DNA of 64,000 nt from Spirochaetia bacterium (GTDB lineage: Bacteria; Spirochaetota; Spirochaetia; CAKZLE01): NCBI GenBank assembly GCA_963677595.1, contig OY782041.1:2400001-2464000 (forward strand), in the 5' to 3' direction. The position numbers and the translations under genes were made by a program. How positions within the stretch are numbered: position 1 is the stretch's first letter; each line of letters starts with the position of its first letter. Positions 27,105-47,563 of the stretch are shown here, one piece after another. The notes below the pieces were generated by a model, which was not told the DNA's origin, ran no database searches, and was given only the letters and a program-made list of their open reading frames with translations.

Positions 27105-29603
27105 TTATGGCCTCTTTGCATCCTCAAGTACCGTCAGCGGGTCGTTCTTCCCATCGATCCTACATGGCGGGACGTCCCAGACCTCGTTCGTGTACTGGCC
27201 GATCGTCCTGTCGGAGGAGAACTTCCCGGACGAGGCGATGTTGAGCACTGCCTTCCTGTTCCAGGCATCCCGGTCCGTATAGAGCTCCAGCATGCTGGTG
27301 TGGGCTGCGTCGTAGGATCCCAGGTCGGCGAAGTGCATGTAGGTATCACCCTCATCGAAGAGCGTCCTCCTGATGGGTTCGAAGATATCGGGTTCGGAGA
27401 AGTTGAAGTACCCGGAGGTAATCAGGTCGATCGCATGCCTGATCTCGTCATTGGCGAAGCAGTACTGGTAGGGATCGTAGGTGGGCCGCAGATCCGCGAC
27501 CTCCTCTGCGGTCTTGCCGAAGATGAAGACGTTCTCACGTCCTGCCTCCTCCATGATCTCTATGTTGGCCCCGTCGAGCGTACCGAGCGTCAGGGCCCCG
27601 TTGCACATGAACTTCATGTTCCCCGTCCCGGAGGCCTCGGTCCCCGCGGTGGATATCTGCTCGGAGATATCGGTGGCGGGGATGATCTTCTCTGCCATCG
27701 ATACCCGGTAGTTCGGCAGGAAGTGGACTTTGAGCAGGTCCCGGGTGCTCCTGTCGTTATTGACCACGTTCGAGATGTTGTTGATCAGCTTGATGATGAG
27801 CTTTGCCATCATGTAGCCGGGGGCGGCCTTCCCGCCGAAGAGGAAGGTGATCGGGTGGAAGTCTGCCGGCCTGTCGTTCTTCAGGCGGTCATAGAGCATC
27901 ACGATATGGATGGCGTTCAGCAGCTGCCGCTTGTACTCATGGATCCGCTTCACCTGGACATCGAAGATGCTGTAGGGGTCGACCGACCAGCCTAACTCCC
28001 TCTTCAGGTAGCTTGCGGCCTCCTTCTTGGCGGAGAGCTTGACGGTATCGAAGGCATCGAGGAAGCCCTTGTCCTCCGCGAAGGGGGCAAGCTCCCGCAT
28101 CTTCGAGAAGTCAGTGATCCAGCCGTCCCCGATCGAGTCGGTGATCAGCTTCGCCAGGGGAGGGTTCGAATTGAGCAGCCAGCGGCGCTGGGTGATCCCG
28201 TTCGTCTTGTTGTTGAACCGTTCAGGGAAGATCGCCGCCATCTCCGGGAACATCCTCTTCTGGAGGAGCTCGGTATGGAGGGCTGCCACCCCGTTGGTGG
28301 AGTGGGAGCCGACGATGCAGAGGTTCCCCATCCTGATGGCCTTGCCCGCTCCCTCCTCGACGATGCTGACCTTCCTGATCGCCTCGTTGTTCCCGGGGTA
28401 GAAGGTGATGGCCTGCTGGAGGAACCGGTGGTTGATCTCATAGATGATCTCCAGATGCCTCGGGAGGTTCTGTTCCATCATCTTCACCGGCCACTTCTCG
28501 ATGGCCTCGGGCATCAGCGTGTGGTTCGTGTAGCCCATCGTGGAGACGGTGATCTTCCAGGCGGTATCCCAGGGGAGATCTTCCTCGTCCACGAGGATCC
28601 TCATCAGCTCCGGTACTGCCAGGGAGGGGTGCGTGTCATTCATCTGTATGGCGGCGAGATCGGGGAAGCTGCTCCAGGGCTTCGAGGACTTCTTGAATCT
28701 CCTGATGATGTCGGCTAGTGAACAGGCGACGAAGAAGTACTGCTGCCGAAGCCGCAGTTCCTTGCCGAGGTAGAGATTGTCATTGGGGTAGAGGACCTGC
28801 GTCAGGTTCTCGGCCATGACCTTCGAGCGGACAGACTCTACATAGTCCCCCTCGTTGAAGTCCTGGAAGCTGAAGTCCTCATGCGCCCGGGCGCTCCACA
28901 GCCGGAGGGTGTTGATCGTATTACCGCCATACCCCACGATCGGGGTATCGTAGGCGATGCCGATCACATTGGTCGTATCAAGCCACTTGTAGTAGGTCCT
29001 GCCGTTCTCGGTGATCGCTTTCGTGTAACCGCCGAAACGGACCGGGACGGTCAGGTCGCTCCGCTCGATCTCCCACGGGTTCCCGTAGCGCAGCCAGTCA
29101 TCAGGCTGCTCATGCTGGTACCCATTCTCGATCTTCTGCCTGAAGATCCCGTAGTTGTACCGCAGTCCATAACCGAACGCCGGCAGGTCCATGGTCGCCA
29201 TCGAGTCAAGGAAGCAGGCTGCCAGCCTCCCCAGGCCGCCGTTCCCAAGCCCGGCATCGACCTCATGGTCGATGATCTCCTCGTAGGAGTAGCCCAGCTC
29301 GGAGAGAGCCTGTTTGAATTCGCCCTCGAGCCCGAGGTTGTTTATGTTGTTGGTCGCAGCCCTCCCCATGAGGAATTCCAGTGAGAGGTAGTATATGCGC
29401 TTGACCTCCCTGTCATGATGCATCTGCTGAGTCTGTATCCATTTGTATATGATGCGGTCCCTGACCGCATAGGCAAGTGCCTTGAATCGGTCCCTGTCCG
29501 TGGCGGTATATCGGTCACAGCCCAAGGTGTACATCAGGTGTTCCGCGAAATCCCATTTGATGGACTCGCTGTCGTTCTCGATTCGGATATGCTTCGTATC
29601 CAT
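27105..29603 (-). CDS. glgP: Glycogen/starch phosphorylase
   Basis: GLGNGGLGRLAACF, KRIHEYKRQ, EASGTGNMK (PLP lysine). Confidence 0.96.
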   Translation of the reverse strand: MDTKHIRIENDSESIKWDFAEHLMYTLGCDRYTATDRDRFKALAYAVRDRIIYKWIQTQQMHHDREVKRIYYLSLEFLMGRAATNNINNLGLEGEFKQALSELGYSYEEIIDHEVDAGLGNGGLGRLAACFLDSMATMDLPAFGYGLRYNYGIFRQKIENGYQHEQPDDWLRYGNPWEIERSDLTVPVRFGGYTKAITENGRTYYKWLDTTNVIGIAYDTPIVGYGGNTINTLRLWSARAHEDFSFQDFNEGDYVESVRSKVMAENLTQVLYPNDNLYLGKELRLRQQYFFVACSLADIIRRFKKSSKPWSSFPDLAAIQMNDTHPSLAVPELMRILVDEEDLPWDTAWKITVSTMGYTNHTLMPEAIEKWPVKMMEQNLPRHLEIIYEINHRFLQQAITFYPGNNEAIRKVSIVEEGAGKAIRMGNLCIVGSHSTNGVAALHTELLQKRMFPEMAAIFPERFNNKTNGITQRRWLLNSNPPLAKLITDSIGDGWITDFSKMRELAPFAEDKGFLDAFDTVKLSAKKEAASYLKRELGWSVDPYSIFDVQVKRIHEYKRQLLNAIHIVMLYDRLKNDRPADFHPITFLFGGKAAPGYMMAKLIIKLINNISNVVNNDRSTRDLLKVHFLPNYRVSMAEKIIPATDISEQISTAGTEASGTGNMKFMCNGALTLGTLDGANIEIMEEAGRENVFIFGKTAEEVADLRPTYDPYQYCFANDEIRHAIDLITSGYFNFSEPDIFEPIRRTLFDEGDTYMHFADLGSYDAAHTSMLELYTDRDAWNRKAVLNIASSGKFSSDRTIGQYTNEVWDVPPCRIDGKNDPLTVLEDAKRP

Positions 29604-29879
29604 GGTCATCCCCCTTAAGATAAACCGGTTTAGCTGGAGATATTCTACTATATATGTCAGCTTTGTTCCATATCCTGCACCGCCGATCGGGGATTCCAAC
29701 CCTTTTTCTGGTGTGTCCCATGAAAACAGTATATACTATGCATGGTTTCCTGGAGTAAGATCGGTCTTCCTATGCGTGAGAACATGGTGAGTTCTTCGTT
29801 ATTACTGGCCGGTTCGGGCTCTTCCGCCGGCAGCGGGAAAAGAAACCGTGATGTTTTGGAAGACTCACTGGAAAATCTC

Positions 29880-29908
29880 TTGACAAAAAGGGATTGCTTT
29901 GGTATTTT
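29880..29908 (+). promoter_or_regulatory. sigma70 promoter of the tRNA-Thr/rpmG operon
   Basis: TTGACA-N17-TATTTT. Confidence 0.6.
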
Positions 29909-29966
29909 TCCACCTACGTGGTTTACTGTCTGCCGTGAGAGCGGCGGGGTCAGTACCAGGTGGCAA

Positions 29967-30039
29967 GCCTCTGTAGCTCAGTCGGTAGAGCACCACCATG
30001 GTAAGGTGGGGGTCACCGGTTCAAGTCCGGTCGGAGGCT
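29967..30039 (+). tRNA. tRNA-Thr(GGT)
   Basis: Cloverleaf; anticodon arm CCACC-ATGGTAA-GGTGG. Confidence 0.95.
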
Positions 30040-30134
30040 CATTCGAAGGCACTGTTACTGTAATAGCCTAACAGGAGTCATTTGCTGAATATGGTGAGGC
30101 CAGAGGGAACGTCCTCGGCCGATTGGAGACGATA

Positions 30135-30311
30135 ATGGCAAGTAAGAAGAAAGGACCTGTTGAGAAGATCGCTCTGCAGTGTACCGAATGTAAACGCAAG
30201 AACTATACGACTTCGAAGAATAGAAGAAACATCCAGGGAAAACTTGAGCTCATGAAGTACTGCAAGTTCGACCGGAAGCATACTCTTCATAAAGAGACGA
30301 AGATCAAATAG
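30135..30311 (+). CDS. rpmG: 50S ribosomal protein L33
   Basis: CTEC..NYTTSKN..LELMKYC. Confidence 0.95.
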   Translation: MASKKKGPVEKIALQCTECKRKNYTTSKNRRNIQGKLELMKYCKFDRKHTLHKETKIK

Positions 30312-30325
30312 TAGGAACGAGATAT

Positions 30326-30399
30326 AGGTCAGTAGCTCCAACGGCTAGAGCGCCGGTCTCCAAAACCGGATGTTGAAGGTTCGAATCCTTCCTGACCTG
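30326..30399 (+). tRNA. tRNA-Trp(CCA)
   Basis: Cloverleaf; CCGGT-CTCCAAA-ACCGG. Confidence 0.95.
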
Positions 30400-30427
30400 C
30401 TTTTTTCTTGAATCTATCGGAGATAGT

Positions 30428-30607
30428 ATGAAAAAACTGATTAAATACCTGAAAGAAAGCTACCTTGAGATGAAGAAGGTCGTCTGGCCATCACGCGAGA
30501 CGGTGATATCATCTACCAAGGTCGTGCTTGTCTCTACACTCATCTTCGCTGCTGTCCTTGGTCTTGTCGACTATCTTCTTCTTGAGGGTCTGTATCTTAT
30601 CTTCTAG
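30428..30607 (+). CDS. secE: Preprotein translocase subunit SecE (absent from the ORF track)
   Basis: Hand translation [24 protein letters not shown]... plus a TM helix; between tRNA-Trp and nusG. Confidence 0.92.
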   Translation: MKKLIKYLKESYLEMKKVVWPSRETVISSTKVVLVSTLIFAAVLGLVDYLLLEGLYLIF

Positions 30608-30639
30608 TTGCAAGACTGGAACTTTTTTTTGGAGCGATT

Positions 30640-31194
30640 ATGGCGAAGGGCTGGTACGTAGTACATACATATTCCGGATACGAGAACAAGATCGAGAGGA
30701 CCATCAGGAAACTGATGGAAGACCCGAAGTTCGCTGAGGCTGTCTTTGATGTGCGGGTTCCCGCGGAAGACGTCGTCGAGGTGAAGGACGGTAAGCGCAA
30801 GGTCGTCTCGAAGAAGATCCTCCCCGGATATATCCTGCTCGAGATGGATCTTCCCAATCTCGGGTGGAAGTACCCGTGCTCCCTGGTCAAGAGGATACAG
30901 GGAGTGACCGGTTTTGTCGGTTCCCGTGACGGTGCGAAGCCGCAGCCGATCAGCGATGACGAGGCGAAGGGGATCTTCCAGCGGTCGGGCGACATCAAGT
31001 CCGACAAGGCGATCAGGCCGAAGCAGTCCTTCACGGTCGGCGAGAAGGTCAAGATCATCGACGGTCCGTTCGACACCTTCACCGGTACGGTGGAAGAGGT
31101 CAATGACGAGCGGTCGAAGCTCAAGGTCATGGTCGGGATCTTCGGCCGGTCGACCCCGGTCGAGCTTACGTTCCTGCAGGTCGAGAAGGTCTGA
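30640..31194 (+). CDS. nusG: Transcription termination/antitermination factor NusG
   Basis: [11 protein letters not shown]; KOW domain. Confidence 0.97.
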   Translation: MAKGWYVVHTYSGYENKIERTIRKLMEDPKFAEAVFDVRVPAEDVVEVKDGKRKVVSKKILPGYILLEMDLPNLGWKYPCSLVKRIQGVTGFVGSRDGAKPQPISDDEAKGIFQRSGDIKSDKAIRPKQSFTVGEKVKIIDGPFDTFTGTVEEVNDERSKLKVMVGIFGRSTPVELTFLQVEKV

Positions 31195-31299
31195 CAGGAG
31201 ACACGGTCAGGATTTTACGTCCATGACCTGATATTTGACATATATGGATTTACATATATAGTACCCCTTCCCGAGGGGCTATCGCTGTCTCGGGAAACG

Positions 31300-31333
31300 T
31301 TGGGAGCCTGTCGTTGACAGGCGTTTGAACCAG
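31300..31333 (+). promoter_or_regulatory. Putative L1-binding autoregulatory leader of rplK-rplA
   Basis: GGGAGCC-stem-GGCG...AACC resembles the E. coli L11-operon L1 site. Confidence 0.55.
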
Positions 31334-31372
31334 ACATGGAACGTTTTTTGTTTCATGTTAAGGAGAACTGTT

Positions 31373-31804
31373 ATGGCAAAGAAGAAGGTCACTGCAATCA
31401 TCAAGTTGCAGGTACCAGCCCAGAAGGCTACCCCTGCGCCACCGGTAGGCCCGGCTCTCGGTCCTCACGGAGTGAGCGCACCCCAGTTCGTACAGCAGTT
31501 CAATGACCGATCGAAGAACATCGAGGCAGGATTGACTGTCCCCGTTGTGATCACGGTCTTCGCAGATCGAAGTTTTACGTTCATTCTTAAGACTCCGCCT
31601 GCTGCTGTACTCATCAAGAAGGCTTGCGGGATCACGAGTGGATCCGGGGAGCCGCACAAGAAGAAAGTCGCAAAGATCACCAAGGACCAGCTCCGCGAGA
31701 TCGCTGAATTGAAGATGCCCGACCTGAACGCGAACGACATCGATGCTGCCATCAGCATCATTGCCGGTACCGCTCGGAGCATGGGTGTCGAGGTGGAGGC
31801 ATAA
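31373..31804 (+). CDS. rplK: 50S ribosomal protein L11
   Basis: [12 protein letters not shown]. Confidence 0.97.
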   Translation: MAKKKVTAIIKLQVPAQKATPAPPVGPALGPHGVSAPQFVQQFNDRSKNIEAGLTVPVVITVFADRSFTFILKTPPAAVLIKKACGITSGSGEPHKKKVAKITKDQLREIAELKMPDLNANDIDAAISIIAGTARSMGVEVEA

Positions 31805-31807
31805 CTT

Positions 31808-32488
31808 ATGAGACGTGGTAAGAAATATCAGGAAGCGTTGAAGAAAGTTGACCGTGAATCCCTCTACGGGGTTGACGATGCCCTCGTCCTGCTGAAGGAT
31901 CTCTCCTTCGCGAAGTTCGATGAGACCATCGAACTCTCGATCAAGCTGAACATCAAGCGAAGCCAGTCGGTCCGTGACACCGTCGTGCTCCCGAACCAGT
32001 TCGCAGAGGAGAAGAAGGTCCTCGTCTTCGCGAAGGGTGAGAAGGCTGAAGAGGCGAGAGAGGCAGGGGCCGCATTCGTCGGTGATGTCGACCTCGTCGA
32101 GAAGATCAGGGGCGGATGGCTCGAGTTCGATGTAGCCGTGGCTACGCCGGACATGATGAAGGACGTTGGACGACTCGGTCCCATCCTCGGTCGAAGGGGG
32201 CTCATGCCGAACCCGAAGACCAGGACGGTAACCTTCGACATCAAGGCTGCCCTCGCAGAACTGAAGCAGGGACGTGTCGAGTTCAGGGCTGACAAGACGG
32301 GTGTCGTGCACCTCGCGATCGGGAAGGTCTCCATGGAGTCCCCCCTGGTGGCTGAGAACGTCAAGCTTGTCATCAAGGAGATCTTGAGGAAGAAGCCCGC
32401 CGATGTGAAGGGTGATTTCGTCAAGAGCGTTGCACTCTCTTCTACGATGGGGCCCGGGATCAAGCTTGATGCCAGGGCACTCCAGTAG
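31808..32488 (+). CDS. rplA: 50S ribosomal protein L1
   Basis: FAKFDET, GLMPNPK, STMGPG. Confidence 0.97.
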   Translation: MRRGKKYQEALKKVDRESLYGVDDALVLLKDLSFAKFDETIELSIKLNIKRSQSVRDTVVLPNQFAEEKKVLVFAKGEKAEEAREAGAAFVGDVDLVEKIRGGWLEFDVAVATPDMMKDVGRLGPILGRRGLMPNPKTRTVTFDIKAALAELKQGRVEFRADKTGVVHLAIGKVSMESPLVAENVKLVIKEILRKKPADVKGDFVKSVALSSTMGPGIKLDARALQ

Positions 32489-32504
32489 GGTCAGGAGGTA
32501 GAAG

Positions 32505-33035
32505 ATGGCAGAATATGAAGTGAAATTACAGCAGGGCAAGGTCGAGGCAGTCGCCGCGCTCAAGGACGAGTTCAAGGATATCAAGGATTTTATCTTCACT
32601 GATTACCGGGGACTCACTGTTGAGCAGATCACTGCGCTGAGGAACGAACTGAGAAAACATAATGCGACCTATAAGGTCGTCAAGAACCGATTCGCGAAGA
32701 TTGCGCTGAAGGACCTGGAACGCCCGGCAGCCGACGAGTACCTCGTCGGACCTACCGCGGTAGCCCTCCCGTCAGACGATTCCGGTGCTGTGGCCAAGGT
32801 CCTCATCGAGTTCGCGAAGAACGCGCCGATGTCCATCAAGGGCGGGATCCTCGACAACAACGTGTTCGATGCATCACAGGTCGAGGCGTTCAGCAAGCTC
32901 CCGACGAAGGACGAACTGATTGCATCCCTCATGGGTACCATGAAGGCACCGATCCAGAATGTCGTGTATGTGCTTAATGCCGTACCGACCAAACTCGTAC
33001 GAACTCTGCAGGCTGTTGCAGATTCAAAACAATAG
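32505..33035 (+). CDS. rplJ: 50S ribosomal protein L10
   Basis: DYRGLTV, KVVKN. Confidence 0.96.
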   Translation: MAEYEVKLQQGKVEAVAALKDEFKDIKDFIFTDYRGLTVEQITALRNELRKHNATYKVVKNRFAKIALKDLERPAADEYLVGPTAVALPSDDSGAVAKVLIEFAKNAPMSIKGGILDNNVFDASQVEAFSKLPTKDELIASLMGTMKAPIQNVVYVLNAVPTKLVRTLQAVADSKQ

Positions 33036-33104
33036 ACGACATTAGTCTTCACTCGTAGCATGCTACTGTCGTTTAGAAAATATTTATGATAAGGAGAAGA
33101 TAAT

Positions 33105-33488
33105 ATGGCTACCAAAGATGAAATTTTAGAAGCTATCGCTAACATGACCGTACTCGAGATCTCAGAACTCATTTCCGCAATGGAAGAGAAGTTCGGTGTC
33201 ACTGCAGCCGCACCTGTGGCTGTCGCTGCTGCCGGCGCAGCACCTGCTGCCGCTGCTGAAGAGGTCGAGGAACAGACCGAGTTCGACGTCATCCTCAAGG
33301 GTATCGCTGACGGCAAGAAGATCCCCGTGATCAAGGCTGTACGAGCTATCACCGGTCTTGGCCTCAAAGAGGCTAAAGAGGTCGTCGAGGCTGGCGATAA
33401 GGCAGTCAAGGAAGGCGTTTCCAAGGAAGAGGCTGAGTCGATCAAGGGTAAGCTTGAAGAGGCTGGCGCAACTGTTGAAGTTAAATAG
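33105..33488 (+). CDS. rplL: 50S ribosomal protein L7/L12
   Basis: [18 protein letters not shown]. Confidence 0.97.
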   Translation: MATKDEILEAIANMTVLEISELISAMEEKFGVTAAAPVAVAAAGAAPAAAAEEVEEQTEFDVILKGIADGKKIPVIKAVRAITGLGLKEAKEVVEAGDKAVKEGVSKEEAESIKGKLEEAGATVEVK

Positions 33489-33760
33489 TATTTCGATACG
33501 AATCATTCTTGAACGCGATGAGTCCAGCTCTGCGGCACCAGCCGCCTAGCTGGACGACAGCCACCGGACGGGTCAGATCGTTCCGGTGGCCTGTTGTGTC
33601 TTCGGATGGAGGCACATTGGTTTCTTTTTAAAACGGTTTGGAGTTCGTGTGGTCCTTAGACTGTGCGGACAGTATTTGCTAAGAGGGTAGGTTGATGAGC
33701 CCCGGGCATGTCCCGTGGGAGGTGAGCTGCTCTCCAGAAGAGATAATCCAGGGGGTAACG

Positions 33761-37255
<3,495 letters not shown>

Positions 37256-37272
37256 GCAGGAGATGACATCGA

Positions 37273-41505
<4,233 letters not shown>

Positions 41506-41635
41506 CACCCGGGTCACCCGGGTGGGAATCGGATTCCTCCATGCTGACTTCAGGTATTGATATACGTAAAGGCGCCCTGCACACAGGTTAGGGCAGTAGA
41601 GTTTAGAAACTGACAAAAGGGAGAGTATCTAAAAG

Positions 41636-42010
41636 ATGCCTACAATAAATCAGCTAGTAAGAAAGGGACGGAAGTCCCAGAAGAAGAAGACTGACTCACC
41701 GGCTCTGGACAGTTGTCCCCAGAAGCGGGGTGTCTGTACCCGTGTCATGACCGTGACACCTAAGAAGCCGAACTCAGCACTCAGGAAGGTTGCCAGGGTC
41801 AGGCTGTCAAACGGGATCGAGGTCACTGCCTACATCCCCGGTATCGGCCATAACCTCCAGGAGCACTCAGTCGTGCTGCTGAGGGGCGGGCGAGTGAAGG
41901 ACCTTCCCGGTGTACGGTACCATATCGTACGAGGAGCCAAGGATACCCTTGGTGTGAACGACCGGAGGAAGTCACGATCGAAATACGGTACCAAGAGACC
42001 GAAGGCATAA
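41636..42010 (+). CDS. rpsL: 30S ribosomal protein S12
   Basis: [10 protein letters not shown]. Confidence 0.98.
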   Translation: MPTINQLVRKGRKSQKKKTDSPALDSCPQKRGVCTRVMTVTPKKPNSALRKVARVRLSNGIEVTAYIPGIGHNLQEHSVVLLRGGRVKDLPGVRYHIVRGAKDTLGVNDRRKSRSKYGTKRPKA

Positions 42011-42493
<483 letters not shown>

Positions 42494-42508
42494 ATGCCTG
42501 CTGCAGGT

Positions 42509-42546
42509 AGAAATAGCCACCATATATGGTGGCTGTTTCTTTGTTG
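42509..42546 (+). terminator. Intrinsic terminator after rpsG
   Basis: AGAAATAGCCACCA-TATA-TGGTGGCTGTTTCT followed by a T-rich tail. Confidence 0.8.
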
Positions 42547-42589
42547 GGATTATTTTTTGGTTTTTTCAGGTGTTTATTTTATCTTACTC

Positions 42590-42618
42590 TTGACTAAAAC
42601 TGGAATTAATCATATATT
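42590..42618 (+). promoter_or_regulatory. sigma70 promoter of the tuf-S10 operon
   Basis: TTGACT-N17-TATATT with an AT-rich upstream element. Confidence 0.7.
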
Positions 42619-42914
42619 CGTCAAGGCTAGCGCATCACGCCTGCGGTGTTTCCGTGCGTGTGTGTGAGCGGTTTGAACCAAACCCATCATCCGACGTTGC
42701 TCAGATGGTTAGGTGGTTCCAGACGTATGACAGTTATATGCTGTTCTATGTCAGTTTGGAGAGGCTTTCTACCATTCTGACCTCTGGATCCTTCTTAACG
42801 TACCTCTATGCAATCACGACATTAAGATGATGGATCTCGGTTATCGAATGGTATTAAGATAATACTTATATTATTTTATTAACTTAATTGTGATTTAGTC
42901 ACAAGGAGGAACGG

Positions 42915-44105
<1,191 letters not shown>

Positions 44106-44163
44106 ATGATGGTGATGAGTCTCGCTCCGCTTAACCGGAGCGAGACTTGCTGTTGGAGGAATG

Positions 44164-44472
44164 ATGACCAAAGATAGAATTCGAGTACGGTTGAGAGGTT
44201 TCGATGTGGATCTCGTTGAACAGAGTTCAAAAGCAATCGTTCAGACAGTCGTGAGGGCCGGGGCTAAAGTTTCAGGACCCGTGCCTCTTCCTACTCGTAT
44301 CAATAAATTCACGGTGCTCAGATCACCTCATGTCAACAAGAAGTCACGTGAGCAGTTTGAGATGCGAACACATAAGAGACTGATTGACATTCTAGATCCT
44401 ACATCCAAGGTTATGGATGCACTTATGAAGCTTGAGCTTCCTGCAGGTGTGGATGTAGAGATTAAACAGTAA
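44164..44472 (+). CDS. rpsJ: 30S ribosomal protein S10
   Basis: [14 protein letters not shown]. Confidence 0.97.
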   Translation: MTKDRIRVRLRGFDVDLVEQSSKAIVQTVVRAGAKVSGPVPLPTRINKFTVLRSPHVNKKSREQFEMRTHKRLIDILDPTSKVMDALMKLELPAGVDVEIKQ

Positions 44473-44491
44473 TAAACAGTTGAGGTAAGAG

Positions 44492-45112
44492 ATGTTAGGG
44501 CTTATCGGCAAAAAAGTCGGAATGACACAAGTGTTTGATGATAGAGGGGTGCTCACCCCGGTTACGGTTATCAAGATTGATGACAATATTGTTGTATCTG
44601 AGAGAACCGAAGAGAAGAACGGTTACAGTGCTTGTGTTATCGGTGCTGTAGACGCGAAGAAGAATCGTGTTACAAAGCCGTATGCTGGACAATTCAAGGA
44701 TGTCTGTGACCCGAAGAAATGGCTGGTGGAGATGAAGGACTATGAAAGGGAAGTCTCTATCGGTGATGTCCTCGGTGTGGATATCTTTCAGGATATAGCA
44801 TTTGTAGATGTGGAAGGGACCTCGAAAGGTAAAGGGTTCCAGGGAGCTATGAAACGGCACAACTTCGCAGGTGGTCGTTCGACTCACGGTTCCAAGTTCC
44901 ACAGGGGCCTTGGTGGTACCAGTATGGCTGCTACCCCGTCACGTGTGTTCAAGGGTACGAAGATGCCTGGGCGTATGGGCGGAGAGAAGACCACGGTTCA
45001 GAATCTGCGAGTAGTGAAAGTTGATGCGGAGAAGAAGGTTCTCATGGTGAAAGGTGCGATCCCTGGTCCACGTCAAAGTGTTGTGATTGTCAAGAAATCA
45101 AAGAAGAAATAG
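44492..45112 (+). CDS. rplC: 50S ribosomal protein L3
   Basis: [16 protein letters not shown]. Confidence 0.97.
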   Translation: MLGLIGKKVGMTQVFDDRGVLTPVTVIKIDDNIVVSERTEEKNGYSACVIGAVDAKKNRVTKPYAGQFKDVCDPKKWLVEMKDYEREVSIGDVLGVDIFQDIAFVDVEGTSKGKGFQGAMKRHNFAGGRSTHGSKFHRGLGGTSMAATPSRVFKGTKMPGRMGGEKTTVQNLRVVKVDAEKKVLMVKGAIPGPRQSVVIVKKSKKK

Positions 45113-45121
45113 AGGCGAGAC

Positions 45122-45751
45122 ATGAAAGCGAAAGTCTTTTCGATACAAGGTGAAGAGGTTAAAGATATCACGCTTGCTGATTCAGTATTTGCTGCAGAAG
45201 TGAGTGATGGTTCGATCTACTACGCCGTGAATAACGAATTAGCTAACCGCCGGGTCGGGACCGCCTGTACTAAGACACGGGGCGAGGTGAACTACAGTAA
45301 CGCCAAGCCTTGGAGACAGAAAGGGACTGGTAACGCACGATCCGGGGACAAGAAATCCCCAGTATGGGTCGGCGGTGGTACCGTCTTTGGACCCAAACCG
45401 CGAGATTACAGCTATAAGCTTCCGAAGAAGATGAAGCGGCTTGCTATGCGATCCCTGCTTTCGATGAAAGTGAAAGAGGAGAGCCTGAAGGTCGTCGAGG
45501 ATTTTTCCATCGAAAGCGGCAAGACGAAGGATCTTGTGAGTATTCTCAAGAACCTCGTAGACGGGGAGCGGACCCTGATCATCCTCAAGGATGATGACGC
45601 GATGCTCAGACGAGCCGGGAAGAACATTCCCTGGGTCAGGATCAATTCTTATAACAGGCTCTCAGCCAAGGAACTGCTGTACGGCAAGAACGTCCTGGTG
45701 CTTGAGACCGCTGCCGGGAATCTGAACGATTTCTACGGAAAAGAAGAGTAA
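45122..45751 (+). CDS. rplD: 50S ribosomal protein L4
   Basis: [12 protein letters not shown]. Confidence 0.97.
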   Translation: MKAKVFSIQGEEVKDITLADSVFAAEVSDGSIYYAVNNELANRRVGTACTKTRGEVNYSNAKPWRQKGTGNARSGDKKSPVWVGGGTVFGPKPRDYSYKLPKKMKRLAMRSLLSMKVKEESLKVVEDFSIESGKTKDLVSILKNLVDGERTLIILKDDDAMLRRAGKNIPWVRINSYNRLSAKELLYGKNVLVLETAAGNLNDFYGKEE

Positions 45752-45761
45752 GGGGACGATC

Positions 45762-46064
45762 GTGAGAGCAGATCAGATCATTTTAGAACCTGTTTTAACA
45801 GAGAAGTCCAACGAGGCGCGAGAGGGCGAGGCCAAGAAGTATACCTTCAGGGTCGACCCCCGGGCAAACAAGATTCAGGTGATGAGGGCCGTGGAGGAGT
45901 TGTTCTCCGTCAAGGCGCTCGCTTGCAATATCGTACGAGTGAAAGGGAAGCCTAAGTTCACAAGAACTAAGTCGGGCGTTCGTGCAGGGTCTACGACACC
46001 CTGGAAGAAAGCGATCGTCACTGTTGCTAAAGGCGATTCTATCAGCGCTATAGAAGGCGTGTAA
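45762..46064 (+). CDS. rplW: 50S ribosomal protein L23
   Basis: PVLTEKS, WKKAIV. Confidence 0.95.
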   Translation: MRADQIILEPVLTEKSNEAREGEAKKYTFRVDPRANKIQVMRAVEELFSVKALACNIVRVKGKPKFTRTKSGVRAGSTTPWKKAIVTVAKGDSISAIEGV

Positions 46065-46076
46065 GAGAGGGGTATT

Positions 46077-46901
46077 ATGGGTATCAAGAAGTATAATCCG
46101 AGAACCCCGAGTCTTCGATATACAACCACTTTGACCTTTGAAGAGGTTACTGCTTCTACGAGTGAGAAATCGCTGACAAAAGGTATCAGTAAGAACGCCG
46201 GGCGTGGTGCCGGTGGTCGAATCAGTGTAAGAAGACGCGGCGGCGGACATAAGAGAAAATATCGAGAGATCGATTTCAAGAGAAACAAATATGACATCCC
46301 TGGCGTGATCGCCAGTGTCGAGTACGATCCTAACCGATCGTCTAACATCGCCCTGGTCAACTATGCTGACGGGGAGAAGCGATATATCCTGGCACCGAAA
46401 GGTCTCCAGGTGGGTATGAAGGTAGTCAGTGGTGAGAATGCTCCCCTGGAGATCGGTAATGCGATCCCCCTGAAGAACATTCCGCTCGGTATGTCGGTTC
46501 ACAATGTTGAGCTTCAGAAAGGAAAGGGTGGCCAGCTGGTACGTTCAGCCGGGACTGTTGCAACGCTCGTCGCCAAGGATGGCGACTATGCGACCCTCAA
46601 GCTCCCGTCAGGTGAGATGAGGATGGTATTCGGCGAATGCTTCGCCACACTGGGAAGCATCGGGAACGAAGACCATATGAACGTCAGTCTCGGTAAGGCC
46701 GGTAGGTCACGATGGCTTGGAAAGCGGCCTAAGGTCCGAGGTGTTGTCATGAACCCTGTCGATCACCCGCATGGTGGTGGTGAGGGTAAGACTTCCGGTG
46801 GACGTCATCCGGTTTCTCCATGGGGTATGCCTACCAAGGGATACAAGACGAGAAAGAAGAGAAAACCTTCTAGCAAGTTTATCGTGAAGAAGCGGAAGTA
46901 G
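46077..46901 (+). CDS. rplB: 50S ribosomal protein L2
   Basis: [13 protein letters not shown]. Confidence 0.98.
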   Translation: MGIKKYNPRTPSLRYTTTLTFEEVTASTSEKSLTKGISKNAGRGAGGRISVRRRGGGHKRKYREIDFKRNKYDIPGVIASVEYDPNRSSNIALVNYADGEKRYILAPKGLQVGMKVVSGENAPLEIGNAIPLKNIPLGMSVHNVELQKGKGGQLVRSAGTVATLVAKDGDYATLKLPSGEMRMVFGECFATLGSIGNEDHMNVSLGKAGRSRWLGKRPKVRGVVMNPVDHPHGGGEGKTSGGRHPVSPWGMPTKGYKTRKKRKPSSKFIVKKRK

Positions 46902-46910
46902 GAGTAGAAA

Positions 46911-47192
46911 GTGGCTAGGTCAATTAAAAAGGGACCTTTTGTAGAGAAGAAGCTCTACAAGAGAGTTCTTGAAGCAAACAAAGCGGGACAGAAACCTATG
47001 GTTAAGACATATTCCCGTACCTCGACTATCATTCCTGAGATGGTGGGTTTCACCGTCTCTGTCTACAACGGAAAGACCTGGGTCCCTGTCTATGTGACAG
47101 AGAACCTCGTCGGTCATAAGCTTGGTGAGTTCTCACCCACCAGATTCTATCGTGGACATGCCGGGTCTGATAAGAAATCGAAGAAGAGATAG
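46911..47192 (+). CDS. rpsS: 30S ribosomal protein S19
   Basis: [11 protein letters not shown]. Confidence 0.97.
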   Translation: MARSIKKGPFVEKKLYKRVLEANKAGQKPMVKTYSRTSTIIPEMVGFTVSVYNGKTWVPVYVTENLVGHKLGEFSPTRFYRGHAGSDKKSKKR

Positions 47193-47200
47193 GTATCGTG

Positions 47201-47563
47201 ATGGAAGCAAAGAAAGGTTATAAAGCAATCGCTAAGTATGTGATGGTTTCTCCTACCAAGGTGCGCCCCATCGCGAATGTTGTACGGAGGAAGCCGTATA
47301 CCGAAGCTGTGGCTATTCTTGAGGCTATGCCCCAGAAGGGTGCCGGCCTGATCAAGAAGGTCGTGCAGTCCGCTGCAGCCAATGCTCTTTCTCAGAACAA
47401 GCAGCTCGACGAGGAGATGCTGTACATCAAGGAGATCTGTATTGATGAAGGCCCGCGTCTGAAGCGTGTATGGCCGAGATCTCACGGACGAAGGGACATT
47501 CTTCTGAAGCGGGAGAGTCATATTTCTGTCGTTCTAGACGAAAAAGCGAGCATGGGGGATTAA
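47201..47563 (+). CDS. rplV: 50S ribosomal protein L22
   Basis: SAAANA, DEGPRLKR. Confidence 0.96.
   Translation: MEAKKGYKAIAKYVMVSPTKVRPIANVVRRKPYTEAVAILEAMPQKGAGLIKKVVQSAAANALSQNKQLDEEMLYIKEICIDEGPRLKRVWPRSHGRRDILLKRESHISVVLDEKASMGD

Noticed and set aside
27099-27995. 298-aa ORF antisense to glgP, and similar long antisense ORFs over clpB, rplA, rpoBC and r-protein genes
   Set aside because: Expected shadows of GC3-biased codon usage; no motifs or RBS
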